A DNA stretch of 64,000 bases from an uncultured Acetobacteraceae bacterium (GTDB lineage Bacteria > Pseudomonadota > Alphaproteobacteria > Acetobacterales > Acetobacteraceae). Below are positions 8,183 through 19,049 of the stretch, piece after piece. The stretch spans positions 123,917 to 187,916 of the forward strand of contig CAIVPZ010000016.1 in assembly GCA_903907955.1 (NCBI GenBank), written 5' to 3'. Each line of letters begins with the position of its first letter. Position 1 is the first letter of the stretch. Position numbers and translations under genes: made by a program. The notes under the pieces are model-generated. The model ran no database searches, was not told where the DNA came from, and saw only the letters and a list, made by a program, of their open reading frames with translations.

Positions 8183-11154
8183 CAGCCGATCTCCCCGACA
8201 TGCCGCACGAACAGTGCGCGAACATCCCGCGCCAGCATATCCAAGGTGGCGTGCAGGGCGGGCACGTCAACCGGGGCGGGATCGATCCCGGTGGCCGCAA
8301 CCGCGCGCAGCAGCGCCGCCTCGGCCGCCTCGGACAGTTTTCCCTTCGGCGAACTGCCATAGGTGATGCGCAGCAGCCCCTGCACGGTGCGCCACACCAG
8401 GTCGGCATGGATCAACAGACCGGCATCGTCCGCCGGCACCAGGCCGGCATCGCGCAGACTGGCCAAAGCGTGGCGGATGCCGGAATGCAAGATTCCTGGG
8501 TGGATGGGGGCATGCACCAGTTGCAGCGTCTGGGCGATGAACTCCACCTCGATCTGACCGCCCGGCCGCAGCTTCACATCCCACGGCCCGCCCGGCGGCA
8601 GGTCGCGCAGCAGCCGGGTGCGCATGGCGGCGGCGTCGGCGCGGATGCGGTCGGGCGGGCCGGCATTGGTGATGGCGGTGCGGATCGCCTGCTCGACGCG
8701 GGCGCGCAGCGCCGGCGGGCCGGCCACCACGCGGGCGCGGGTGAGCGCCATGCGTTCCCAGGTCCAGGCGCCGTTATGGTCCACCCCGGCGGCGTGGTAG
8801 CGCTCGAAGGCGCCGAGCGACACCGCCACCGGCCCCTTGTTGCCGGAGGGGCGCAGCCGCATGTCGATGGCGAACATCGGCCCCACCGCATCCGGCGCGG
8901 TGGCGGCGGCGACATAGGCGTGCACCGCGCGGATGAACCACTGGCTGGCCGGCAAGGGGCGCCGGCCGCTGCTTTCGGTGATGTCGGCCGGATGGTCGTA
9001 GATGAACATCAGGTCGAGGTCGGACCCGGCCATCATTTCGCGCGAGCCGGCCTTGCCGAGCAGCACCACCACCATGGCGCCGTCGCGCACCTGGCCGAAC
9101 CGCCCGGCGAAATCGTCCAGCACCCGCGCCAGCAGGGCGTCGAGCGCCGCATCGGCCACCGCCGAGCGCGCCTCGCCGGCGGTGTTGGCGTCGATGCGCC
9201 CCTCCATGGTGGCGACCGAGGTGGAGAAATCCTCGGCGCGGACGGTGGCGAGGATGATTCGGATCGCCTCCTCCAGCCCCCGCGCGTCGGCCAGCCGGGT
9301 GCCCAGCCGGCGGGCCACATCACCTTGCGCGGCCGGCCGCAGCAGCCCTTCCAGCGCCTCCGGCGTGCGGGCCAGGTAGTCGGCCAGCGACGGCGCGGCG
9401 CCGAGCACGCCGGCGGCCCGCTCCAGCAGCGCCGGGTTGCGCTGGAACAGCGACAGCAATTGCACCCCGGCGGGCAGGGTTGCCAGGAACGCATCGAACC
9501 GGGCGAAGGCGGCATCGGGCTGGGCCTGGCGGCCGAGCGCCGCCAGCAGGCCGGGCAGCACGGTGAGCATGAGTTCGCGGGCGCGCTGCGAGCGCATCGC
9601 CCGCACCCGGCCGGCCGACCAGCTGCGCACCGCCTCCACCACCAGACGGATATCGGTGTAGCCCATGGCGGCAAGCGCCGCCTGGGTGGCCGGCGGCGGG
9701 TCGCCGGTGCCGCTGAACTCGAGCGGCGCCGGCGCGCCTTCCTCCTCGGGGGCGGCCACGCCTTCGAACACGTGCAGGTAGTGCGCCTGCACCCGGGTCA
9801 TGTGGTCCAGCAGCACCGCCGCCAGCGCCGCCGCGTCGGGATAGCCCATGAAACAGGCGAACGCTTCGAGCTGGCGGCGCTTCTCGGGCAGCAGGTGGGT
9901 TTGCCGGTCGGCCACCATCTGCAGCCGGTGCTCGACCCGGCGCAGGAAGCCGTAGGCGGCGGCAAGCTCGCCGGCGGTTTCGGGGGCGAGGTGGCCGGCC
10001 TGCGCGAGCAGCGCCAGCGCGTCCAGCGTGCGCCGGGTGCGCAGCGTCCGGTCGCGGCCGCCCCAGACCAGCTGCTGGGTTTGCGCCAGGAACTCGATCT
10101 CGCGGATGCCGCCCTGGCCGAGCTTGACGTTGTGGCCGGCGAGGCGGGCGACCGGGTCCTGGTGGGTGCCGAGCCCGGTGCCCTTGTGCGCGTCGATGCG
10201 CCGCTTCATGGCGTGGATGTCGGCCAGGGCGGCGAAGTCGAGGTGGCGGCGCCAGACGAACGGGCGGATGGCGTCGAGAAAACCCTCGCCGAGGGCGCGG
10301 TCGCCGGCCACCGGGCGCGCCTTCAGCATAGCGGCGCGTTCCCAGTTCTGGCCCATGCTTTCATAATATGCGATGGCGGCCGGCAGGGCGATGCAGGGCG
10401 GCGTGGCGGACGGGTCGGGGCGCAACCGCAGATCGGTGCGGAACACATATCCGTCAGCGTCGCGCGCTTCCATCAAGGCCACTAGACCGCGCGCCATGCG
10501 GGAGTAGAAGGCGCCGGCGGCGTCGCCGTGACGGGTTGGCGAATCAGGGTCGTACAGCAGCACGAGGTCGATATCGCTGGAATAGTTCAGTTCGCGGGCG
10601 CCGAGTTTGCCCATGCCGAGGACGGTGAAGCCGGACCGGGGCGCGGGATCATCGGGATTCGCCAGGCGCAGTTCGCCGGACTCGTGCGCGGCCCGCAGCA
10701 GGTGGGCAACCGCGGCCTGCACCGCGGCGTCGGCAAGGTCGGACAGCGTCTCGGTAACGCGGATCAGATCCCACACCCCGCCGATATCGGCGATCGCGGT
10801 GACCAGGGCGATGACCCGCTTGGCGGCGCGCAGGGTGGCGGCCAGCGTCGCGCGCGGCGCGGTGAGCGGGCAGGCGGCGATCGCCGCCAGGGCGTTCCGC
10901 ACCAGCGGTTCGGGGCCGTCCCGGGTGAAGCTGCACAGCGAAGCCGCCTCGCGCACCGCGAGATCGGCCAGGTACGGGCTGTTGCCGCCCAGGCAGCGCA
11001 GCATGGCGCCGCCGGCCGGGGCGCCGGCGAGGCCGGCCTCGGCCGGACCGAGCGCGGCGAAGCGTTCCACCAGCCGCTCGGCGGCGGCGGGATCGAACGG
11101 GGCCGGCCAGTCCGCCGGGAGCTGAAAGCCGGGTGCGGGGGGCGTTGCGGTCAT
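8182..11154 (-). CDS. glnE: bifunctional glutamine synthetase adenylyltransferase/adenylyl-removing enzyme GlnE
   Basis: 990 aa with two nucleotidyltransferase domains (GMGKLGARELNYSSDIDL and LGKAGSREMMAGSDLDL) and GlnE helical domains. Confidence 0.85.
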   Translation of the reverse strand: MTATPPAPGFQLPADWPAPFDPAAAERLVERFAALGPAEAGLAGAPAGGAMLRCLGGNSPYLADLAVREAASLCSFTRDGPEPLVRNALAAIAACPLTAPRATLAATLRAAKRVIALVTAIADIGGVWDLIRVTETLSDLADAAVQAAVAHLLRAAHESGELRLANPDDPAPRSGFTVLGMGKLGARELNYSSDIDLVLLYDPDSPTRHGDAAGAFYSRMARGLVALMEARDADGYVFRTDLRLRPDPSATPPCIALPAAIAYYESMGQNWERAAMLKARPVAGDRALGEGFLDAIRPFVWRRHLDFAALADIHAMKRRIDAHKGTGLGTHQDPVARLAGHNVKLGQGGIREIEFLAQTQQLVWGGRDRTLRTRRTLDALALLAQAGHLAPETAGELAAAYGFLRRVEHRLQMVADRQTHLLPEKRRQLEAFACFMGYPDAAALAAVLLDHMTRVQAHYLHVFEGVAAPEEEGAPAPLEFSGTGDPPPATQAALAAMGYTDIRLVVEAVRSWSAGRVRAMRSQRARELMLTVLPGLLAALGRQAQPDAAFARFDAFLATLPAGVQLLSLFQRNPALLERAAGVLGAAPSLADYLARTPEALEGLLRPAAQGDVARRLGTRLADARGLEEAIRIILATVRAEDFSTSVATMEGRIDANTAGEARSAVADAALDALLARVLDDFAGRFGQVRDGAMVVVLLGKAGSREMMAGSDLDLMFIYDHPADITESSGRRPLPASQWFIRAVHAYVAAATAPDAVGPMFAIDMRLRPSGNKGPVAVSLGAFERYHAAGVDHNGAWTWERMALTRARVVAGPPALRARVEQAIRTAITNAGPPDRIRADAAAMRTRLLRDLPPGGPWDVKLRPGGQIEVEFIAQTLQLVHAPIHPGILHSGIRHALASLRDAGLVPADDAGLLIHADLVWRTVQGLLRITYGSSPKGKLSEAAEAALLRAVAATGIDPAPVDVPALHATLDMLARDVRALFVRHVGEIG

Positions 11155-11228
11155 GCGGCAGCAGGCTGGCGGTGAGTAGCGCCTTCGGTCAAGCGGTCCG
11201 TCGCATCCTCGGTCGGGCGCTCCGCCGC

Positions 11229-14200
11229 ATGTCCGAGCGGACCATGCGGTATGCCGGCGGCATGCTGCATCTGGCGCTGCAGTTGACCATCGGTCTGGCG
11301 TTCGTCGTGGTGCTGGCCGGCGGCGGGTTTGCCTGGCGGCTGGCGCAGGGGCCGCTGGAAATCGACTGGCTGACCCGCCGTGTGCAGGAAGCGGCCAATG
11401 CCGTCGGGCCGCCGACCCTGGTCATCGGCCGGGCGGCGCTGGCCTGGGAGGGGTTCACCCGCGGGGTCGATAGCCCGTTGAATATCCGGCTGACCGATCT
11501 GGCGCTGCTCGACGGCGCCGGCGTGCGGATCGCCGAGGTGCCGGTGGCCGACGTGTCGCTGTCCGCCGGCTGGCTGGTGCTGGGGCGCATCGTGCCGCGG
11601 GCGGTGGAGTTGCAGGGCGTCAGGCTGCGCGCCCAGCGCAGCGCTGACGGGCATGTCAGCGTCGATCTGGGCGGCGACGGCGATGACGCGGCGGCGCCCG
11701 ACGCAGCGGCAACCCGCGCCGCGCCGCCGTCAGACACGCCGTCCGCCGGGGCCGCGCTGCTGTCGGATCTGCTGCGGGAACTGGCCCGGCCGGCCGGGAC
11801 CGACAGCGGCGCGCAGGATTCGCTCTGGTCGCAAATTCATCGGGTGCGCATCAGCAATGCCGCCCTGACGGTGGACGACCGCCAGCTCGGCGCGACCTGG
11901 CGGGCAAGCCAGGTCGGGCTCGACGTGGTTCGCCTTGGCGGGGGCGGGGCGGAGGCGAATGCCGAACTGATGCTGTCGCTGGGCGGGGAGCGCCTGCAGG
12001 CAACCGCCCATGCCACCCTGCCGGCCGGTGGCGGTCGCGCCGACGTGCAGGCGCATCTGGCGCCGGTGGTTCCGGCGCGGCTGGCGGAACTGGCCCCCGG
12101 GCTGGCGGCGCTGCGGATGCTGGACGCACCGGTGATGCTGTCCGCCACCGCGACGATGGGGGCGGATCTGATCCCGGCGGAGGTGAAGCTGCAGGCGCGG
12201 GTCGGCGCCGGACGCCTTCAGCTGGGTGACGGGAGCATGCCGCTGATCGGCGCCCTGGCCGACGCGGAAGGATCGCTGACCACCGCGATGGTGCGGCTGC
12301 AACGGCTGGAGGTGGCGCCCCGGCCGGATGGTCCCCGGACGGTGCTGCGCGGCAACCTGCTGGGGGTACGCGCCGGCGGCCGGCTGGCGGCCAACATCAT
12401 CGTCGAGCTGGACCGGGTTGCCTTCGCCGACCTTCCCGAACTGTGGCCGGAAGGGGTGGGCGGTCGCGGCACCCGCCCATGGATCACCGCAAACATCACC
12501 GGCGGGACCGCCGGCAACGGCCGCATCGAGGTGCACCTGACCGCACCGGCGGATCTGTCGGATGTCCAGGTGAACAGCCTGTCGGGCGGCATCGAGGGGC
12601 AGGACCTGACGGTGCACTGGCTGAGCCCGGTGCCGCCGATGGAGCATGTCAACGGCAAGCTGGCGTTCCTCTCGCCCGACGATCTGGAGATCGGGGTGAC
12701 CAGCGGGCGCCAGGCCGGCGAGGGCAAGGGGGGCGCAAATCTCGCGCTGCAGTCCGGCTGGGTGCGCATCAGCGGGCTGTCGGCGCGGCACCAGTTCATG
12801 ACCATCGATGCCGACCTCGCCGGGCCGGTGCCCGACCTGCTGGCCGTGCTGAAGCACCCGCGGCTGCACCTGCTCGACCGCCGCCCGATGGACCTGCGCG
12901 ACCCGGCCGGCACCGTGACCGGCCGGCTGACGCTGACCCGGCTGCCGCTGGAGGCCAACCTGACGGTGGACGATGTCCATATCCAGGCCAGCGGCAAGCT
13001 GACCCGGCTGCATCTTGGCGGCATCGCCGGCGGACGCGACATCGACCAGGGCACGCTGCAGTTCGATGCGTCCAATGACGGGCTGAAGCTGCGCGGCACG
13101 GCGCTGCTCGCCAGCATCCCCTCGCAGTTTCAGGTCGATCTCGATTTCCGCAACGGCGGCCCTTCCCAGGTGCTGCAGAAAGTGAGCGTGACCGGCACTG
13201 CCACCGCGCGCGAGCTGGCGATCGCCGGCCTGGACACCGCCGGCCTGCTGGAGGGACCGGCGGCGTTGCAGGCGACGCAGCTGTCGCGCCGCGACGGCCG
13301 CGGCGAGGTGCTGGTGCGGGCCGACCTTGGCCGCGCGGTGCTGCAGGTGCCGCGGCTGAACTTCCGCAAGCCGGCCGCCCAGCCGGCGACCGCCGAACTG
13401 CACATGACCATGAACGACGAGCGGATCACCGGCATCGACCGGCTGCGGATCGACGGCGCGGGAATCGCCGTGGCGGGGCGGGTGGTGTTCGCCGACGGGA
13501 TGGCGCAGACCGTGCAGCTTGACCGCGTCCGGCTGGGCGAGGCGACCGAGGCGAGCGGTGAGCTGCGTATTCCCGGCCGGCCCGGTGCCCCCTGGGTCGC
13601 CAGCCTGACCGGCCGCAGCATCGATGCCTCCGCCGAGTTCGGCCGTGGTGAGGCCGCCCCGCGACCGGGCGCGGAGGAGGCGGACCGGCAAGGGCCGCCC
13701 TGGCGGGTTGAGGCGCATTTCGACCGGGTGGTGCTGGGCGGGGAGGGGCGGGTGCTGAGCACGGTTGCCGCCACCGCCGAGAGCGATGGCCGGGTCATCC
13801 GGCAGGCGAAGCTGACCGGCCAGACCGGTGCCGGCGCCGCCTTGCGCCTGGAGATCGTGCCCGATCGCGTCACCCGCACGCTGATCGGCTCCGCCGAGGA
13901 TGCCGGCGGGTTGCTGGGCGCGCTCGGTCTGCTGGACGACATGGTCGGCGGCCGGCTGACCATCCGCGCCACCTATGACGATCGCGCGGCCGGCCATCCG
14001 CTGGAGGGAAGCACCGAAATCGTCGATTTCCGCATGCGCAACGCCCCGGCGCTGGCCAAGCTGCTGCAGGCCATGACGCTGTACGGGCTGGTCGAGACGC
14101 TGCAGGGCCAGGGCCTCGGGTTCAACCGCCTGATCGCTCCGTTCCGGCTGTCGCGCGACGGGCTGGACCTGACCGATGCGCGGGCGTTCAGCGCCTCGCT

Positions 14201-14513
14201 GGGCATGACCGCGAAGGGCCGGGTGGACCTGGCCCGGCATACCATCGCGCTTGAGGGCACGATCGTGCCGGCGTATTTCTTCAACACGCTGCTGGGCAAT
14301 ATCCCGCTGATCGGCCGGTTGTTCAGCCCGGAGCGCGGCGGTGGCGTGTTCGCCGCCACCTACGCCATGACCGGCTCGCTTGACGATCCGGCGGTGTCGG
14401 TGAACCCGCTGGCGGCGCTGACACCGGGCTTCCTGCGCGGGCTGTTCGGTGTGCTCGACAACCTGACCGGCAGCAGCATGTCCGGGCCGCAGAGCCCGGC
14501 GGCGCCGAACTGA
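11229..14513 (+). CDS. AsmA/YhdP-like large envelope protein (DUF3971 type)
   Basis: N-terminal TM segment MLHLALQLTIGLAFVVVLAGGGFAW, then about 1,050 aa of beta-rich repeats. The C-terminal region (IVPAYFFNTLLGNIPLIGRLF) resembles the AsmA-like C-terminus. Start chosen at an internal ATG of track ORF 11133..14513. Confidence 0.55.
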   Translation: MSERTMRYAGGMLHLALQLTIGLAFVVVLAGGGFAWRLAQGPLEIDWLTRRVQEAANAVGPPTLVIGRAALAWEGFTRGVDSPLNIRLTDLALLDGAGVRIAEVPVADVSLSAGWLVLGRIVPRAVELQGVRLRAQRSADGHVSVDLGGDGDDAAAPDAAATRAAPPSDTPSAGAALLSDLLRELARPAGTDSGAQDSLWSQIHRVRISNAALTVDDRQLGATWRASQVGLDVVRLGGGGAEANAELMLSLGGERLQATAHATLPAGGGRADVQAHLAPVVPARLAELAPGLAALRMLDAPVMLSATATMGADLIPAEVKLQARVGAGRLQLGDGSMPLIGALADAEGSLTTAMVRLQRLEVAPRPDGPRTVLRGNLLGVRAGGRLAANIIVELDRVAFADLPELWPEGVGGRGTRPWITANITGGTAGNGRIEVHLTAPADLSDVQVNSLSGGIEGQDLTVHWLSPVPPMEHVNGKLAFLSPDDLEIGVTSGRQAGEGKGGANLALQSGWVRISGLSARHQFMTIDADLAGPVPDLLAVLKHPRLHLLDRRPMDLRDPAGTVTGRLTLTRLPLEANLTVDDVHIQASGKLTRLHLGGIAGGRDIDQGTLQFDASNDGLKLRGTALLASIPSQFQVDLDFRNGGPSQVLQKVSVTGTATARELAIAGLDTAGLLEGPAALQATQLSRRDGRGEVLVRADLGRAVLQVPRLNFRKPAAQPATAELHMTMNDERITGIDRLRIDGAGIAVAGRVVFADGMAQTVQLDRVRLGEATEASGELRIPGRPGAPWVASLTGRSIDASAEFGRGEAAPRPGAEEADRQGPPWRVEAHFDRVVLGGEGRVLSTVAATAESDGRVIRQAKLTGQTGAGAALRLEIVPDRVTRTLIGSAEDAGGLLGALGLLDDMVGGRLTIRATYDDRAAGHPLEGSTEIVDFRMRNAPALAKLLQAMTLYGLVETLQGQGLGFNRLIAPFRLSRDGLDLTDARAFSASLGMTAKGRVDLARHTIALEGTIVPAYFFNTLLGNIPLIGRLFSPERGGGVFAATYAMTGSLDDPAVSVNPLAALTPGFLRGLFGVLDNLTGSSMSGPQSPAAPN

Positions 14514-14566
14514 GAGTTTGCCGGCGCTCCCGAAACGACCCCTCCTGGCGAAAGGGCCGCCGCAAG

Positions 14567-15274
14567 ATGCAGTGTGTGAAGGCTCTCCTGTTCGATGTCT
14601 TCGGCACCGTGGTGGACTGGCGCGGCAGCCTGATCGACGAGCTGACCGCCTTCGGCGCGGCGCACGGCGTCGATGCCGACTGGACCGGTCTGGCCGATGC
14701 CTGGCGGGGCGCCTATGTGCCGTCGATGGAGCGGGTGCGCCGGGGTGAACTGCCCTGGACCAACCTCGACGCGCTGCACCGCGCCGCGCTGGAGCGGCTG
14801 GTGGCCGCGTCCGGCATCCGCGGGCTGGGGGCCGCGGAACTGGACCAGCTGACCCATGCCTGGCACCGGCTGCGCCCCTGGCCCGATTCGGTGCCCGGGC
14901 TGACCCGGCTGAAGACGCGCCATGTCATCGCGACGCTGTCGAACGGCAACGTGGCGCTGCTGGTGAACATGGCCAAGCACGCCGGCCTGCCCTGGGACAT
15001 GGTGTGCGCGGCCGAGCTGTTCCGCCACTACAAGCCCGACCCCGAAACCTATCTGGGGGCCGCCCGCCTGCTCGGGCTGGCGCCCGGCGAGGTGATGATG
15101 GTGGCGGCGCACAATGCCGACCTGCACGCCGCCCGCAGCTGCGGGCTGAAGACTGCGTTCCTGCCGCGCCCGGCCGAATACGGGCCGCACCAGGTTGCCG
15201 ATTTCACCGCCGACAGCGACTGGACGGTGGTGGCGGCCGATATCGGGGACCTGGCCCAGCGGATGGGGGCCTGA
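14567..15274 (+). CDS. haloacid dehalogenase type II (HAD-superfamily hydrolase)
   Basis: DVFGTVVDW catalytic motif I, then motif II/III residues (SNGN...K...D). 235 aa. Confidence 0.7.
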   Translation: MQCVKALLFDVFGTVVDWRGSLIDELTAFGAAHGVDADWTGLADAWRGAYVPSMERVRRGELPWTNLDALHRAALERLVAASGIRGLGAAELDQLTHAWHRLRPWPDSVPGLTRLKTRHVIATLSNGNVALLVNMAKHAGLPWDMVCAAELFRHYKPDPETYLGAARLLGLAPGEVMMVAAHNADLHAARSCGLKTAFLPRPAEYGPHQVADFTADSDWTVVAADIGDLAQRMGA

Positions 15275-16617
15275 TGGTGGCGGTCGCGCCCCACAGCCTG
15301 CGGCTGGCGCGACCGGTGGCGGGGCTGAACCATGTCATCGCCTACGGTCAGTCGCTGGCCACGGGATGGGAGGGCTGGCCGGCGCTGTCGCGGCAGCCAC
15401 GCGGCGATTCGCTCATGCTGGGTCGCAGCGTGCGGCCGGAAAGCGAGAACGCGCCACACTTCGCGCCGGTGGGGGGGGCGGCGCTGCATCCGCTGGTCGC
15501 CACCGTGCAGGACACTTCCACCGGCGTCCTGCTGACCGAGGCGCAGGTGGCGGGCTTGCCGGCGGGCAACGTGGCGCTGGGCGAGACGGTGCTGGAGGGG
15601 GCGGTCAACGCCTATCGCAGCGGTCTGCTGGCGGTGCGTGGCCCCGCTTCGGTGCCTGCCCGGGTGCTGGCCAGCGCCTGCGGCGTGGGCGGGCGAACGC
15701 TGGAGGCGTTGTCGCGCGGCGCGCGGCCGGACCTGTTCAACCGGCTGCGCGACTGCGTCGGACTGGCGAAACAGGCGGCTGCCGCCGGCGGCCAGCGCTA
15801 CCAGGTGCTGGCGCTGCTGCTGCTGCAAGGCGAGCAAAACGCCTCGGCAACGGATGGCGGCACCGCCGACCGTGCCGCCTATCGGGCGCTGCTGGTGCGG
15901 CTGTATCACGACCTGGTGGCGGAGCTGGCGCACGGCATCGCCGGGCAGGAAATGCCGCCGGCGCTGTTCATCTACCAGACCGGCGGCGCCTATGCCTGCG
16001 ACGAGCTGGGCGTGGCGATGGGGCAGCTCGACGTGGCGCTCGGCCTGCCCGGCTGCTTCATGGCCGGGCCGGCCTACCCGGTCACCGACAAGGGCGGCCA
16101 CCTGGATGCCAACGGCTATCGCTGGCTGGGCGCGCAGTTCGGCAAGGTGATGCACCTTGTGCTGACGTTGGGGGAGGCGTGGCGGCCGCTGCATCCGCGC
16201 GCGGCGGCGTTGGACGGGCAGATCGTGCGGGTGCGGTTCGCCGTGCCGGTGGCGCCGCTGGTCTGGGGCCGGCCGTTCGCCGGGCACCGGCCGGTCGATG
16301 TGGCGGATCGCGGCTTCACCGTCATGGACGCCGAGGGGCTGGTGCCGGTGCAGGGGGTGGCGCTGACCGGGCCGGACTCGCTGGACGTGATGCTGGCCCG
16401 ACCGCCGCGCGGCCCGACCACGCTGCGCTATGCCGACCGCCGCCATGGTGGGATGGGCGCGCTGCATGACAGCGATGCCACGGTTGCGCAGGACAGCTAC
16501 GAATTCGACCCGCGCACCGGCCACGCGCCTTCGGCCGCGGTGCCGGAGCTGGTCGGTCGTCCCTATCCGCTGATGAACTGGTGCGTGGCCTTCAATATTC
16601 CCGTCAATCCGGGCTGA
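15274..16617 (+). CDS. hypothetical protein, possibly an SGNH/sialate-O-acetylesterase-like hydrolase
   Basis: Start MVAVAPHS overlaps the HAD stop (ATGA). [15 protein letters not shown] resembles the GQSN(M)xG block of DUF303/SGNH esterases. No other motif recognised. Confidence 0.4.
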   Translation: MVAVAPHSLRLARPVAGLNHVIAYGQSLATGWEGWPALSRQPRGDSLMLGRSVRPESENAPHFAPVGGAALHPLVATVQDTSTGVLLTEAQVAGLPAGNVALGETVLEGAVNAYRSGLLAVRGPASVPARVLASACGVGGRTLEALSRGARPDLFNRLRDCVGLAKQAAAAGGQRYQVLALLLLQGEQNASATDGGTADRAAYRALLVRLYHDLVAELAHGIAGQEMPPALFIYQTGGAYACDELGVAMGQLDVALGLPGCFMAGPAYPVTDKGGHLDANGYRWLGAQFGKVMHLVLTLGEAWRPLHPRAAALDGQIVRVRFAVPVAPLVWGRPFAGHRPVDVADRGFTVMDAEGLVPVQGVALTGPDSLDVMLARPPRGPTTLRYADRRHGGMGALHDSDATVAQDSYEFDPRTGHAPSAAVPELVGRPYPLMNWCVAFNIPVNPG

Positions 16618-17851
16618 GCCGCACCAGCCGGTGGTGCTTGCGGCCGGACGAGAGTTTTATTCCATCCCGCAGCGCCGCCTCGGGCACCAGGTGCCCCTCA
16701 TCGGTCACCGCCACGTCGTCGAGCCGCGCGCCGCCGCCGCGCACCAGGCGGCGCGCCTCGGCATTGCTGGCGGCGAGGCCGGCGAGGACCAGCAGGCGGA
16801 ATGCCGGGATGCCCCCGGCGGCCTCTCCGGCCGGGATGGTCACCAGCGGCAGGGTGTCGGCGTCGCTGCCTTCCTCAAAGGTGCGGCGGGCCGCCTCGGC
16901 GGCGGCCTCGGCGGCTTCGCGGCCGTGCAGCAGGGCGGTGGCCTCGGTTGCCAGCACCTTCTTGGCCGCGTTGATCTCCGCACCGCCGAGCGATTCCAGC
17001 CGGGCGATCTCGGCGAGCGGCAACTCGGTGAACAGGCGGAGAAAACGTCCGACATCAGCGTCTTCGGTGTTGCGCCAGAACTGCCAGTAGTCGAACGGCA
17101 CCAGCCGGTCGGCGGTGAGCCACACCGCGCCCTGCGCGGTCTTGCCCATCTTGGCGCCGGAGGCGGTGGTGATCAGCGGCGTGGTCAGCCCGAACACGGT
17201 CGCGCTCTCGGTGCGGCGCACCAGATCCACGCCGGAGACGATGTTGCCCCACTGGTCCGACCCGCCCATCTGCAGGGTAACCCCGTGGCGGCGGAACAGT
17301 TCGCGGAAATCGTAGCTCTGCAGGATCATGTAGTTGAATTCGAGGAAGGTCAGCGGCTGCTCGCGGTCCAGCCGCAGCCGCACCGAGTCGAAGGTGAGCA
17401 TGCGGTTGACGGTGAAGTGGACGCCGACGTCGCGCAGCAGCGGGATGTAGCCGAGCGCGCCGAGCCAGACGTTGTTGTCGAGCATGATGGCGTCGGCCGG
17501 GCCGTCGCCGAAGGTCAGGAACGGGGCAAAGCAGCGGCGGATGCCCGCCATGTTGGCGGTGATCTGATCGTCGGTCAGCATCTGCCGGGTTTCGTCCTTG
17601 CCCGACGGATCGCCGATGCGGGTGGTGCCGCCGCCCATCAGCACCACCGGGCGGTGGCCATGGCGCTGCATCAGGCGCAGCAGCATGATCTGGGTGAGGC
17701 TGCCCACGTGCAGGCTGTCGGCGGTGCAGTCGAAACCGATATAGCCAGGGACGATCCCCGCCTGCAGGGCCGCCTGCAGGCCCTCGGTGTCGGTGCACTG
17801 GTGGACGAAGCCGCGCGCGGTGGCGTCGTGGAGGAACTCGGCGGTCGGCAT
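16604..17851 (-). CDS. tyrS: tyrosine--tRNA ligase
   Basis: Start [19 protein letters not shown]-type motif region [14 protein letters not shown] and KMSKS-type KMGKT. C-terminal S4-like domain. Confidence 0.85.
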   Translation of the reverse strand: MPTAEFLHDATARGFVHQCTDTEGLQAALQAGIVPGYIGFDCTADSLHVGSLTQIMLLRLMQRHGHRPVVLMGGGTTRIGDPSGKDETRQMLTDDQITANMAGIRRCFAPFLTFGDGPADAIMLDNNVWLGALGYIPLLRDVGVHFTVNRMLTFDSVRLRLDREQPLTFLEFNYMILQSYDFRELFRRHGVTLQMGGSDQWGNIVSGVDLVRRTESATVFGLTTPLITTASGAKMGKTAQGAVWLTADRLVPFDYWQFWRNTEDADVGRFLRLFTELPLAEIARLESLGGAEINAAKKVLATEATALLHGREAAEAAAEAARRTFEEGSDADTLPLVTIPAGEAAGGIPAFRLLVLAGLAASNAEARRLVRGGGARLDDVAVTDEGHLVPEAALRDGIKLSSGRKHHRLVRLSPD

Positions 17852-17906
17852 GATGGACGGGTCCGGGGCTGCTCGGGGCAGACCGGCTAGCACAGGAGCA
17901 GAACGG

Positions 17907-19031
17907 ATGGAAATGCTGCGCGCCATCGGGCTGATGAGCGGCACCTCGCTCGATGGCGTCGATGCCGCCTGGCTGGAGACCGACGGTGTGCTTGTCGGCC
18001 GCCTGGGGCCGTCGCTGACGCTGCCCTACGATGCTGCGCTGCGCGCCGATCTGCGTCGCCTGCTGGACCGGGCGCCGGCGCTGCCCCGCGACGATGCCGG
18101 CGTGGCCGAGATCGCCGCGCGGCTGACTGAGCGGCATGTCGAGGCGGTGCGGGCGATCGGCATGCCGGCGGACATCGTGGGATTCCATGGCCAGACCATC
18201 CTGCACCGGCCGGACCGGCGGCTGACCTGGCAGATCGGCGACGCGGATTTACTGGCGCGCGCCACCGGGCTGCGCGTGGCCTGGGATTTCCGCAGCGCGG
18301 ATGTGGCCGCCGGCGGCGAAGGGGCGCCGCTCGTGCCGGCCTACCACGCCGCCCTGGCAGCAAAGCTGCCGCTTCCCCTGGCGGTGCTGAACATCGGCGG
18401 GGTGGCCAACGTGACCTTCATCGGCGCGGACGGCGCGTTGCTGGCCTGCGATACCGGGCCGGGCAACGGTCCCCTCGACGATTGGGCTGCGTGCCACGCC
18501 AGCCTGGCGTGCGACCGTGACGGCGTGCTGTCGGCGGCGGGGCGGGTCGATGCCGGGGTGCTGGCGCGGTTGCTGGCCGACCCCTGGTTCCGCCGTCCGA
18601 TGCCCAAGTCGCTGGACCGGCTGGCGTTCGGCGCGACGCTGGCGGCGAGCGGGCTGGACGCGCTGGCCGCTTGTGATGGCGCGGCGACGCTGGTGGCCTT
18701 CATCGCCGGGGCGGTGGCGCGAATCCCCTTGCCGGAGATGCCGCGGCGCTGGCTGGTGTGCGGCGGCGGGCGGCACAATCCCAGCATCATGGCGGCGCTG
18801 CGGGCGCGGTTGGGCGCGGTGGCGCCGGTGGAGGACGTCGGCTGGGACGGCGACGCGCTGGAGGCACAGTGCTTCGGCTTTCTTGCCGTGCGGGTGCTGC
18901 GCGGGCTGGCGTTGAGTTTTCCGGGCACGACGGGGGTGGGGCGCCCCTTGCCGGGGGGGCGGATTCAGGAAGGCCAGGGCTCTGCCCTGGACCCGCAAGG
19001 GGTCAGGGGACCCCTTGACCCCATGCCGTAA
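17907..19031 (+). CDS. anmK: anhydro-N-acetylmuramic acid kinase AnmK; the last ~20 codons read through a REP-like element
   Basis: Start [19 protein letters not shown], the AnmK N-terminal signature, at an internal ATG of track ORF 17787..19031. The C-terminus ...[19 protein letters not shown] is encoded by the double-hairpin repeat at 18974-19017. Confidence 0.8.
   Translation: MEMLRAIGLMSGTSLDGVDAAWLETDGVLVGRLGPSLTLPYDAALRADLRRLLDRAPALPRDDAGVAEIAARLTERHVEAVRAIGMPADIVGFHGQTILHRPDRRLTWQIGDADLLARATGLRVAWDFRSADVAAGGEGAPLVPAYHAALAAKLPLPLAVLNIGGVANVTFIGADGALLACDTGPGNGPLDDWAACHASLACDRDGVLSAAGRVDAGVLARLLADPWFRRPMPKSLDRLAFGATLAASGLDALAACDGAATLVAFIAGAVARIPLPEMPRRWLVCGGGRHNPSIMAALRARLGAVAPVEDVGWDGDALEAQCFGFLAVRVLRGLALSFPGTTGVGRPLPGGRIQEGQGSALDPQGVRGPLDPMP
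18974..19017. repeat. REP-like double-hairpin element, copy 2, orientation B
   Basis: CCAGGGC-tct-GCCCTGG, acccgc, AAGGGGTC-aggg-GACCCCTT. Same architecture as the copies at 23615, 35902 and 49471, with compensatory stem changes. Confidence 0.5.
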
Positions 19032-19049
19032 GCAAACGCCTTGGCCGCC

